Below, piece by piece: positions 1 through 8,517 of a stretch of DNA of 64,000 nt. The stretch is from Dehalococcoidia bacterium (GTDB lineage Bacteria > Chloroflexota > Dehalococcoidia > Lucifugimonadales > VXLM01): assembly GCA_009841605.1 (NCBI GenBank), contig VXLM01000120.1, positions 48,167 through 112,166 of the forward strand, read 5' to 3'. Position 1 is the stretch's first letter; each line of letters starts with the position of its first letter. The position numbers were made by a program, and so were the translations under genes. Under the pieces are notes generated by a model that saw nothing but the letters and a program-made list of their open reading frames with translations, was not told the origin of the DNA and did no database searches.

Positions 1-1244
1 AGCGAGTCCCCGTTGAGCTTGATCGTCAGCCGGTCGTCGGCCAGCAGGTCGGCGATCAGTATCTTGAGGCGCACCTCGCGGATGCGGTCCGCGTCGCCCT
101 CCATGTCGTCTGAGACGTAGAAGTCCATGTCGTGCGAAGTACCGATGTCGTCGTGCGCGATCTCGAGCGGCAGGGGCAGATCGTAACCGACGGTGTCGCT
201 CATGTCGGTCCTCCGGCGGACGAGGTAGTGCTTCGTCTTGTCCTTCACGAGGTCGTGGTCGCCCATCTCGGCGAGGACCGTCCGTCCGGCGTCGTCGATG
301 GGCCACTTGAGGAAGAAGGTGTACATGCCGTCGACGCCCATGTCCCAGTAGTTGGCGACCGCCGCGCGCATCATTTCCGGAGTGGCCCATTCGCGAGTGT
401 GGTATCGGCGGGCCATTCCCGCATAGTAGGGGGCGAGCATGGGGTAGACGGAGGTATTCGTGCCCTCCGTAGCCTCCACGAGCCAGTCGATGGGCATGTT
501 GGAATCGACGACCATGTGGGCGTAAATCATGGGCGTGACGTAGTCGACGAGACCCTCCTCGATCCACGTGCGAACGTCGTAGCCGACCCGTGCATTGATC
601 TCCTCGGTCGGATAGACCCTTGCTCCCACCTGTGCCCGCTCGCCCGGCCTGCTGCGGGCCATTTCCGCCACGCGGCGCACCCAGTCGGTGAGGACCGGCA
701 TACCCTCGGCGGCGTCCTCGTCACGGAACAGGAACGGGCTTCCTCCGGGGGGAGCCGCGAGGTCGAGCTCGATGCCGTCGGTGGGGTAGTCGTGCGCCAG
801 TTCCTTGAGGATGAGGAAGTTGTGCTCCCGCAGATCGTCGTCGAGGAAGCCCGGGCCGCCCTCCCTGGAGCTCACGGCCGGGTCGGACGCTCCCTGCGGC
901 GCTATGCGGAGGCTGGCGAAGAAGTCCATGCCCTTCTCGTGCGCCCTGTCGATGAGGACGGTCAGCGGGTCGAGGCCCCGGTCGATGAGGCTCTGCATGT
1001 TGTTCCACACGCGGTAGGAGGGCGCGGCCTCGAACGTTTGGGTGTCGTCACGGAAGCGCAGCCCCACCTTGGACGGGTAGAACAGCCCGTCGCCGCGCGC
1101 CACGCCGTAGATGAAGGTGTCCACCGACGTTCCCGCGCACTCGTCGATGGGTATCCACGCGTCCTCCAGCGCCATAGGCGGCTCGAAGACGAACAGGTAG
1201 TAGTGCCGTGCGTCGTTGAAGTAGATCGTGCGCTGTCGTTTCAT
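1..1244 (-). CDS. hypothetical protein, possibly TIM-barrel glycoside-hydrolase-like; C-terminus runs off the window
   Basis: Own translation of the minus strand from ATG at 1244 (MKRQRTIYFNDARHYYLFVFEPPMALEDAW...) stays open to position 1. It is absent from the ORF track because there is no stop in the window. The + ORF 132..1265 is its antisense shadow. The family call is weak recollection only. Confidence 0.7.
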   Translation of the reverse strand, partial: MKRQRTIYFNDARHYYLFVFEPPMALEDAWIPIDECAGTSVDTFIYGVARGDGLFYPSKVGLRFRDDTQTFEAAPSYRVWNNMQSLIDRGLDPLTVLIDRAHEKGMDFFASLRIAPQGASDPAVSSREGGPGFLDDDLREHNFLILKELAHDYPTDGIELDLAAPPGGSPFLFRDEDAAEGMPVLTDWVRRVAEMARSRPGERAQVGARVYPTEEINARVGYDVRTWIEEGLVDYVTPMIYAHMVVDSNMPIDWLVEATEGTNTSVYPMLAPYYAGMARRYHTREWATPEMMRAAVANYWDMGVDGMYTFFLKWPIDDAGRTVLAEMGDHDLVKDKTKHYLVRRRTDMSDTVGYDLPLPLEIAHDDIGTSHDMDFYVSDDMEGDADRIREVRLKILIADLLADDRLTIKLNGDS

Positions 1245-1288
1245 GACGGATTCATCCTACATTGAAATGGGGTTCCGGCCGGGTTCCC

Positions 1289-1471
1289 TCACCCGCTGTC
1301 TTCGTCCGAGTCCTCGTCATCAAGCTGTTCTTGCTGACGATCACGCATTTTCCGCAAACGGCCAAGCTGTTCCTCCTGATGTTGGATCATGTTGTCGACG
1401 GTCGTTTTCAACTCGGTCAGTTCTCTGACCGTCTCTTCGAAGCGCTCGCGTCTCTCCTGCTCGGTCGTCAT
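1289..1471 (-). CDS. small acidic coiled-coil protein (hypothetical)
   Basis: 60-aa ORF, charged heptad-like sequence (EETVRELTELKTTVDNMIQHQEEQLGRL) with an acidic tail. It lies 45 nt upstream of, and co-oriented with, the 1..1244 gene. Confidence 0.4.
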   Translation of the reverse strand: MTTEQERRERFEETVRELTELKTTVDNMIQHQEEQLGRLRKMRDRQQEQLDDEDSDEDSG

Positions 1472-1529
1472 GGGCGCACTCCTCGTCTTGTTCGGGCCGT
1501 ATGCCGATTATACCATCGGCGGGATAGGA

Positions 1530-1570
1530 CTCACCGCAGAGAACGCAGAGAGCACAGAGGGAAGAGAGGG
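1530..1570 (-). repeat. intergenic repeat family A (CTCTGCGCCCTCTGCGGTGAA-type), reverse orientation
   Basis: The reverse complement matches copies at 1771, 34301, 42021, 50881, 52277 and 59417. Confidence 0.7.
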
Positions 1571-1579
1571 GGATGGATG

Positions 1580-1616
1580 CCCTCACCCCAGCTCTCTCCC
1601 ACGACGGGAGAGGGGG
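1580..1616 (-). repeat. intergenic hairpin repeat family B (CCCTCTCCCGTCGTGGGAGAGGG...GGTGAGGG), reverse orientation
   Basis: The reverse complement ccccctctcccgtcgtgggagagagctggggtgaggg matches copies at 47160, 53701, 55810 and 62362. Confidence 0.75.
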
Positions 1617-1706
1617 TAAAAGGGTTGACCGCAAGGAACGCGGGGGACGCGGAGGGGATTTTATGGGTTGGGGATGTTGCGGGAGGGAAGGGAAAATCTC
1701 GAAATT

Positions 1707-1734
1707 TGTGGCATGGTGTGGCATTTTGTGGCAT
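1707..1734. repeat. three direct TGTGGCAT repeats at exact 10-bp phasing (iteron-like / candidate regulator site)
   Basis: TGTGGCAT at 1707-1714, 1717-1724 and 1727-1734, read directly from the sequence. Confidence 0.6.
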
Positions 1735-1770
1735 TTCCGCGATTATTGTCAAGTTCAAACAGCCTTTCTC

Positions 1771-1808
1771 CCCCCCTCTGCGCTCTCCGCGCCCTCTGCG
1801 GTGCCCGC
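1771..1808 (+). repeat. repeat family A copy
   Basis: cccccctctgcgctctccgcgccctctgcggtgcccgc. Confidence 0.7.
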
Positions 1809-1813
1809 GCTCG

Positions 1814-1835
1814 CCCTGAGCCTGTCGAAGGGCAG
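1814..1835 (+). repeat. repeat family F (CCCTGAGCCTGTCGAAGGGCAG)
   Basis: Identical 22-mer at 33695..33716. Confidence 0.7.
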
Positions 1836-1856
1836 TCCCTCGCCACTTCCTCCTCC

Positions 1857-1883
1857 CGTCATTCCCGCGAAGGCGGGGCGAAG
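1857..1883 (+). repeat. repeat family D (CGTCATTCCxGCGAAxGCGGG-type hairpin)
   Basis: Related copies at 24787, 34259 and 60392. Confidence 0.6.
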
Positions 1884-2279
1884 AAACCAGCTCGCAGCCA
1901 GTAGGCGGATAATTTTTTCCGGACATTTCCTGACATATCCTGACAACTTGTGTTCGGGCCTCAATTTCCGGGCCCGGACGGTTCGTTTTTTCAGGAGCGG
2001 CTGCGCCCAGTATAGTACGCATGTTCTCACAAGTCAAGTGGGGGCAGAGCGCTTCATGGTTCGACAGGCTCACCATGAACGGATGTTGGTACCTCCGCAC
2101 CCAAAAAATTTGGCACAGATTTTAGATTTGTCCAATTTTGACACCCTTATATCAATTGACACACCGTAGGTGAGCGGGAGTAGTCTAGTGCTATATGGCC
2201 TTAATGGGCGACTGCCGCTCGGCGCAGGGACGCCCGAAGGCTAGGAAGCCTCCTCATCCGGAGCCTTACGGAGGAATCG

Positions 2280-5200
2280 ATGCGACACAACACACCCGTC
2301 ACCACCATGGCCGCGGCCCTCGCGCTCGCCCTTGCACTGCTCGTGGGAGTCCTGCTTCCTGCGGACAGCCCGGTCTACGCAGACCCTCCTACGTGGGACA
2401 CCGATACAACCTCACGATCGGTGTTTGAAAACACGCCGCCGGGTGTCAACATCGGCGACCCCATCTCGGCCACCGACCCTGACGAGGCCACCGAAGAGTT
2501 CGGCAACACGCTGACCTACAGCCTCGAAGCCAGCGCCGACACTGCACAGGCCCGCGCTGACGCCGCAGCGTTCGACATCGACCCATCGACCGGGCAGCTC
2601 ATCACGAAGGCCCCGCTGAATACTGAGGCGCAAGGCTCATACACGGTGAGGGTGAGGGTGGATGACGGGGAAACCGGGACGAACGTCGCGCAGTCGGTGG
2701 ATATAACGGTCACCAACGTAATCGAGGCTCCGAACGCGCCACACCCGCCGACGGTAGTGTCGGGGGAGGATGTAGACGATGGCGATCAGGACGACGAATC
2801 GACCACGAGCCTTAAGGTGGTCTGGCACCCGCCCGAAAACACGGGGACAGCCATCACCGACTACAACGTCAGGTACAAGAAGAGTACAGACACCGCCTTT
2901 ATAGATGCGAATTACAACGGCACCACCAGGACGCATACTATCAGCGACCTGGAGGTGGATACGTCCTACGATGTGAGGGTGCAGGCAACAGGAGAAGCCA
3001 CAGGCCCTTGGTCGCTCGTGGGGACCGGCTCTACTAACAAGGATAGCAACAGCCCGCCGGTCTTGAACGATGACACACCAACTACAGACAATTTAGACGA
3101 GCGGAGTGTGGCAGAGAACACCCCCGCAGGGGAGAACATCGGCAGCCCGGTGACGGCTACTGACGGAGACACGACCACGCTGACATATAGCCTCGGGGGT
3201 CCCGACGCTGATCTGTTCAACTTCAACACTAGGTCCGGTCAGATACGGACCAAGAGTCCCCTGAACCACGAGGACCCGAGGTGCTATGTCGAGAACGACC
3301 CTGCTGACACCGACGATACTGACTGCTTCTACTACGTGACGGTGACGGTCGTCGATGGGGCGGGGGGCAGCGACGCGATTGGTGTGACAATCGTGGTGAA
3401 CGACAGGACCGAGACCCCGTCCGCACCGGCCCGTCCTACCGTCCGGGCGACGGAGAAGTCGAGCACGAGCCTCGACGTGAGCTGGAACGCGCCTGCCAAC
3501 ATGGGTCCCGCCATTACTGGCTATGACGTGCAGTACCGCAAGGGCACCGACCCATTCTCAGACGACAACTGTGGCGCGACAGGTGCCGATAACTGCCAAG
3601 GAGTAACCGGCACCAAAGTCACTATTGTAGACCTCGATCACAACACTACCTACGAGGTGCGTATAAAGGCAACCAACCCCGAGCGCGCAAGCGCCTGGTC
3701 GGGAACGGGCAATGGGAGGACCAACAGGGCCAACCAAGAGCCGATATTCGACGACAGGCCCGGCACCGGCACCGGCAGCGAGCGCAGTTCCGACGGCACA
3801 AACTACACTATCTGGCGGACGATAGACGAGAATCCCCGGTCTGGGCAGTCTGTTGGAAGGATATTCGCCGACGACGCAGACAACGACAGGCTGACTTACA
3901 AGCTGGTCGAGTCGGCGGACACCGCCGATGCCCGGGGAGAGTTGAGCAAATTCACCATCGTCGAGACTACAGGGGAGATAAAGACGAAGGCGGGAGAGAC
4001 CTATAGCTATGAGGATCTCGGCGCTCTCGGGACCTGCGGTACGCTGACTGAGCAACAAGTCGGTACCGACAGGTGCTACACGGTGAAGGTGGAGGTCCGG
4101 GACGGCCTGGACAACAACAGGGTCGAGGACAAGGACGAGGCCGCAGACGACACCATCACGGTGAAGATTGGTTTGCGCGATAGGGCCGAGCCTCCGTCCG
4201 TGCCTACGGTGATGGTGACGTCGCCCGCCGTCAACACAACGCTGTTAGTGACTTGGCACGCCAGGAACACGGGTCCAGACATTACCAGCTATGACGTGCA
4301 GTACCGAAAGGGCGGAGGCACTTTCTTGGACGATAACTGCGAGGGCACCACAGAAGACGGTAACTGCAGTGCCATAACAACGGGCACCACCACCATAACG
4401 GCGTTGGACGAGGACACGTCCTACTCTGTGCAGGTGCGGGCGAGGAATGAAGAGGGCACAAGCAATTGGTCGGGTGTGGAGACGGTGAAGACCAACAAGG
4501 GCACCAACGATCCGCCTGTGTTCACTGACGGAACCACTACCACACGTAGCTTGGATGAGAACAAGTCGTCCACCAATGTCGGCCCTGCCGTGGATGCGTC
4601 CGACACGGACACTAATGTACTGACCTACGAACTCGGAGGGCCGGACGAGACCTTGTTCTCGATTGTCTCTACTTCCGGCCAAATACGGACGAGGTCGGCG
4701 CTGAATACCGAGGCGATCTGCAGCGCCAGCGACGCGGATCTGGCTAACGGACACCAGGAGAACTGCAACTACACGGTTTGGGTGAAGGTGGACGACCGAG
4801 CCGGCGGAAGCGTCTTGACAGTCGTGACCATCACGGTGAACGATGTCGACGAGTTTCCTATCGCGCCTGGCGCGCCGAGGGTTACCGCGACGAAGGACAC
4901 AGGCCAGAGCCTGGACGTGAGCTGGACCGCGCCGCGGAACGAGGGCAAGCCCCCCATCACGGACTACGACATACGGTACCGCGAGGTCAAGGCCGGGACC
5001 TCGCAGGACAATTGGGAACTATGGCCCCACGGTTCCGACGGCAGCGATAGCACGGAGACGAGCACCAAAATAACCAGGAGACTCCCAGCCCCTAACGCAG
5101 ATCCTCTGAAGCCCAGGACGCAGTATGAGGTGCGGGTGCGGGCGAAGAACGGAGAGCCAGCAGACAATGTCGCTGACAACTGGTCGTCCGTGGCCAAGGC

Positions 5201-8200
5201 CACCACCGGCCAGAGCAACAGCAGGCCGTCCTTCGACACAAGTGGTGCGGAGACACTAAGGGTAGACGAGAACACCCGGGCCGGGCAGAACGTCGGTAAC
5301 GCGATCTCGGCGTCGGATGCAGACAGCAACAGCCTGACCTACACCCTAGAGGGCCCGGGCAAGGACTCGTTCACCATCGTTTCTTCATCGGGCCAGATCC
5401 GGACGAGGTCGCCGCTGGACCACGAGACGAGGGACAGCTACTCGGTGACGGTGAAGGTGGACGACAGGCAGAGGAAGGCCAACAGCGTCGCGACGAAGTC
5501 GGTGACAATCATGGTCGACGATGTCCGCGAGGCACCGTCGCCGCCCGCGGCCCCGACAGTGGCGGGGATACCCGGCTCGACGAGCAGTGTGCGCGTCACG
5601 TGGGACGAGCCCGCAAACACGGGGCCTGCCATCACAGGGTACGACGTGCACTACCGCGAAGTCGGGAGCGGCCCCTTACGGTGGGACCACTTCGGCGCGG
5701 ACCGGAGCACGATCATCACGGACCTGAAGGCGGGGACGCGCTACGAGGTTCAGGTGCGGGCGAGGAGCGATGAGGGCACGGATGACTGGTCGCGCTGGGG
5801 ATCGGGAATGCCGAATCCGGACGTGGCCAACAGGAACCCGGCGTTCTCGGGCGGATCGCGCTCGCTGAGCGTAGCCGAGAACACGCCGCCGAACACCGAC
5901 GTGGGCGCGCCGATCTCGGCGACCGACCGCGACGGCGACACGCTGACCTACACCTTGGAGGGGGCGGACGCGGACTCGTTTGACATCCTGTCGACCTCCG
6001 ACGGCGGCCAGATTCGCACGAGCGCGGAACTGAACCACGAGGAGAAGGCGAGCTACGCGGTGACCGTCCGGGTGCGTGACGGAAGGGGCGGGACCGACGC
6101 GGTCAACGTGACGATCAGGGTGACTGACGTCGACAACGAGGCACCGGACACGCCGTTCGCGCCGAGGGTGACAGCGGTATCCAGCTCGATATTGCAGGTG
6201 ACCTGGGAAGCCCCGGCGAACGCCGGCCCAGAAATCAACGACTACGACTACCGGTACCGCGAGCCCGGAGGGTCCTGGACCGAGGTGTCGAACACGACGA
6301 TCACGGACACGGCGGTCACCATTGAGGGACTGGCGGCAAGCACGTCCTATGACGTGGAGGTGCGGGCGACAAACGCGGAGGGCACGAGCGAGTGGTCGAA
6401 CCCGGGTATCGGGTCGACGAACGTGCCGGGCGCGAACAATCCGCCCGTGTTCGACGATGGCACGAGCGCCACGCGGAGCGTGAGCGCGGCCGCGCCGGCG
6501 GGCACGAACATCGGCGATCCTGTCGCCGCGACGGACGCCGATACGGCCGACACGCTCACCTACAGCCTCGAAGGTCGGGACGCGGGATTGTTCGACATCG
6601 AAGAGACGAGCGGCCAGCTTCTCACGAGGTCCGGCATTACGCTGATTGTCGGGACGACGTACACGGTCATTGTCACGGCCGACGACGGAACGGACACGGC
6701 GAGGATTACGGTCTCCATCGAGGCCACCGCCGCGCCGCCGAACAACCCGCCCGTGTTCAGCGAGGCCCCCAGCACCACGCGGACGGTGCGCGACGACGCC
6801 ACGGCGGGCAGGAATGTCGGCAGCCCCGTCACGGCGACGGACGCCGATACAGGCGACACGATCACTTACACCCTCGAAGGGACGGACGCCGCGTCGTTCG
6901 GCATCGTTGCTTCGAGCGGCCAGATACAGACGTCGGCCGCGCTGGACGCGAACACGAAGTCGACGTACTCGGTGACGGTGAAGGCTACGGACAGCAACGG
7001 CGGAAGCGCCACGATCGCGGTGACCATCACGGTTACGGCCGCGCCGGTGAGCTATGGCTGCGCGACGAACGGCGCGGTGGACGCGTCGAACACCGGCCTC
7101 GTGGCGGATTGCGAGGCGCTCATGGCGTCGAGGAACCTTCTGGAGGGCAACTCGGGGAGGCTGAACTGGTCGCCCGCCACGCCGATAAATCAGTGGGAGG
7201 GCGTCTCTCTCAGAGGGAGTCCGGCGAGGGTCACATTCCTTGTCCTCTCTAGCAAGAGTCTGGACGGGACGATCCCCGCGGACCTGGGCCGACTGCCCAT
7301 GCTGAGGTGGCTGAACCTCCGCTCGAACAACCTGAGTGGCAGCATCCCGTCGGAGCTTAACAACCTGACCAGGCTGGAGCGGCTCCTGCTCCACAACAAC
7401 CGCCTGAGCGGGCCGATTCCGAACCTAAGCAGTCTGCGCAGCCTGAAGATGCTGTGGCTGTCGGGCAGCAACATGAACCTGAGCGGCGGGGTTCCGACGT
7501 GGCTGAACTCGATGAGCAGCCTCGAGCAGTTGAGCCTCTGGGGCAACAATCTCGGCGACAATGGCACGCGGAGCGTACCGAACCTGACCGGCATGACGAG
7601 CCTGAGTCTGCTGAAGCTCCAGAGCAACAACCTGGGCGGGGGTGTTCCCGCGTGGTTCGGCAACATGGACGGCCCGGCCATCCTGTACCTGCACGACAAC
7701 GAGTTGACGGGTGCAATCCCGGCGAACTTGGGACGGAATACAGGGGTGATCCGGCTCTGGCTCGACAGAAACAACCTGAACGGGGAAATCCCGTCCGAGC
7801 TTGGCGGGATGACCAGCCTCCGTACGTTGAACCTGCGCGACAACCAGCTCACGGGTGCGATCCCGTCCGAGCTGGGCAACCTCAGCAGCCTGCAGCAACT
7901 GAGGCTGCACAACAACCAGCTGACGGGCACGATCCCGTCCGAGTTGGGCAACCTCAGCAGCCTGCTACAGATGTGGCTGTCGGGGAACCAGCTGACCGGG
8001 TCGATTCCAGCGTCCCTGGGCGGGATGCCGAGACTCAGGGATCTGAACCTGCGCGCCAACAACCTGAGCGGAGACATTCCCCTTGAGTTGGGCAACCTGC
8101 GTAACACCCTGACGCGCCTGCGGATCGGCGGTACACAGGTGAAGGACGAGAACGGCGTGGTGATCAGCGAGGTCCGCGGCAACACCGGGTTGACCGGATG

Positions 8201-8279
8201 CGTGCCGGCCCAACTGTCGGGAGCCACCGACGCTGACGACCTCCGACTGGCGGGCAGTTCGGGTCTGTCCTTCTGCTAG
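2280..8279 (+). CDS. giant secreted adhesin-like protein: signal peptide, 8 cadherin-like and 6 FN3 modules, C-terminal plant-type LRR domain
   Basis: 1999-aa ORF with GGAGG 5 nt before the ATG and a signal-like N-terminus (MAAALALALALLVGVLLPADSPVYA). Cadherin-like modules recur (ENTPxGxNIGxPxxAxDxDxxxLTYSL...SGQIRT...Y.V.V.V.D) and alternate with FN3-like modules (SL.V.W..P.N.GP.IT.YDV.YR...TxYxVxVxA.N..G.S.WS). The last ~410 aa (nt 7047..8276) hold ~12 repeats of LxxLxLxxNxLxGxIPxxLGxL. Confidence 0.9.
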   Translation: MRHNTPVTTMAAALALALALLVGVLLPADSPVYADPPTWDTDTTSRSVFENTPPGVNIGDPISATDPDEATEEFGNTLTYSLEASADTAQARADAAAFDIDPSTGQLITKAPLNTEAQGSYTVRVRVDDGETGTNVAQSVDITVTNVIEAPNAPHPPTVVSGEDVDDGDQDDESTTSLKVVWHPPENTGTAITDYNVRYKKSTDTAFIDANYNGTTRTHTISDLEVDTSYDVRVQATGEATGPWSLVGTGSTNKDSNSPPVLNDDTPTTDNLDERSVAENTPAGENIGSPVTATDGDTTTLTYSLGGPDADLFNFNTRSGQIRTKSPLNHEDPRCYVENDPADTDDTDCFYYVTVTVVDGAGGSDAIGVTIVVNDRTETPSAPARPTVRATEKSSTSLDVSWNAPANMGPAITGYDVQYRKGTDPFSDDNCGATGADNCQGVTGTKVTIVDLDHNTTYEVRIKATNPERASAWSGTGNGRTNRANQEPIFDDRPGTGTGSERSSDGTNYTIWRTIDENPRSGQSVGRIFADDADNDRLTYKLVESADTADARGELSKFTIVETTGEIKTKAGETYSYEDLGALGTCGTLTEQQVGTDRCYTVKVEVRDGLDNNRVEDKDEAADDTITVKIGLRDRAEPPSVPTVMVTSPAVNTTLLVTWHARNTGPDITSYDVQYRKGGGTFLDDNCEGTTEDGNCSAITTGTTTITALDEDTSYSVQVRARNEEGTSNWSGVETVKTNKGTNDPPVFTDGTTTTRSLDENKSSTNVGPAVDASDTDTNVLTYELGGPDETLFSIVSTSGQIRTRSALNTEAICSASDADLANGHQENCNYTVWVKVDDRAGGSVLTVVTITVNDVDEFPIAPGAPRVTATKDTGQSLDVSWTAPRNEGKPPITDYDIRYREVKAGTSQDNWELWPHGSDGSDSTETSTKITRRLPAPNADPLKPRTQYEVRVRAKNGEPADNVADNWSSVAKATTGQSNSRPSFDTSGAETLRVDENTRAGQNVGNAISASDADSNSLTYTLEGPGKDSFTIVSSSGQIRTRSPLDHETRDSYSVTVKVDDRQRKANSVATKSVTIMVDDVREAPSPPAAPTVAGIPGSTSSVRVTWDEPANTGPAITGYDVHYREVGSGPLRWDHFGADRSTIITDLKAGTRYEVQVRARSDEGTDDWSRWGSGMPNPDVANRNPAFSGGSRSLSVAENTPPNTDVGAPISATDRDGDTLTYTLEGADADSFDILSTSDGGQIRTSAELNHEEKASYAVTVRVRDGRGGTDAVNVTIRVTDVDNEAPDTPFAPRVTAVSSSILQVTWEAPANAGPEINDYDYRYREPGGSWTEVSNTTITDTAVTIEGLAASTSYDVEVRATNAEGTSEWSNPGIGSTNVPGANNPPVFDDGTSATRSVSAAAPAGTNIGDPVAATDADTADTLTYSLEGRDAGLFDIEETSGQLLTRSGITLIVGTTYTVIVTADDGTDTARITVSIEATAAPPNNPPVFSEAPSTTRTVRDDATAGRNVGSPVTATDADTGDTITYTLEGTDAASFGIVASSGQIQTSAALDANTKSTYSVTVKATDSNGGSATIAVTITVTAAPVSYGCATNGAVDASNTGLVADCEALMASRNLLEGNSGRLNWSPATPINQWEGVSLRGSPARVTFLVLSSKSLDGTIPADLGRLPMLRWLNLRSNNLSGSIPSELNNLTRLERLLLHNNRLSGPIPNLSSLRSLKMLWLSGSNMNLSGGVPTWLNSMSSLEQLSLWGNNLGDNGTRSVPNLTGMTSLSLLKLQSNNLGGGVPAWFGNMDGPAILYLHDNELTGAIPANLGRNTGVIRLWLDRNNLNGEIPSELGGMTSLRTLNLRDNQLTGAIPSELGNLSSLQQLRLHNNQLTGTIPSELGNLSSLLQMWLSGNQLTGSIPASLGGMPRLRDLNLRANNLSGDIPLELGNLRNTLTRLRIGGTQVKDENGVVISEVRGNTGLTGCVPAQLSGATDADDLRLAGSSGLSFC

Positions 8280-8310
8280 CTGAAAGCCCGCCTTAGGAGC
8301 TACAAACGGA

Positions 8311-8349
8311 CCCCGGCGGTCGAGCAATCGGCCGCCGGGGTTGTTGTTG
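8311..8349 (+). terminator. intrinsic terminator after the giant gene
   Basis: ccccggcggtcga / tcggccgccgggg forms a 13-bp stem (1 mismatch) with loop gcaa, followed by ttgttgttg. Confidence 0.6.
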
Positions 8350-8362
8350 CACTCCATTCGGA

Positions 8363-8390
8363 TTGACTGGCCGTCAAGGACTGCTATAAT
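8363..8390 (+). promoter_or_regulatory. sigma70-type promoter with extended -10 for the permease/carbonic anhydrase genes
   Basis: TTGACT (8363-8368), a 16-nt spacer, then TGcTATAAT (8382-8390). It sits in an AT-rich gap and leaves a ~125-nt leader before the ATG at 8518. Confidence 0.55.
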
Positions 8391-8517
8391 CCAAAACTTG
8401 CGAGTATCCTGTTCGCATTGAATGGAAGCGTGTAATGATACTGTATGTCATAACTGCGTTTTACCAATGAACGTCGCACAACACTCTCCCGACATAGCAA
8501 TAGGCAAGGCATAGCTC

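Noticed and set aside
132-1265. 377-aa + strand ORF
   Set aside because: It is the antisense shadow of the minus-strand gene 1..1244. Its sequence is Arg/Val/Gly/His-rich with no motifs, whereas the minus-strand frame gives a normal globular sequence starting at a clean ATG.
1531-2169. ORFs of 185-198 aa in the 1472..2279 gap (e.g. 1531..2100 -, 1573..2169 +)
   Set aside because: They are built from read-through of repeat families A, B, D and F, which gives the typical PLSRRGRG / SALSAPSAV peptide artefacts. They are mutually overlapping and have no RBS.
5676-7394. 572-aa minus-strand ORF inside the giant adhesin gene (and the 345-aa ORF 7190..8227)
   Set aside because: Both are extremely Arg-rich, have no start context and lie entirely antisense to a strongly periodic coding region. 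This is typical of high-GC shadow ORFs.
8422-8514. 30-codon Cys-containing uORF in the permease leader as a real gene
   Set aside because: It has no RBS, no conservation evidence and no recognisable family. It is kept only as a note within the leader finding.
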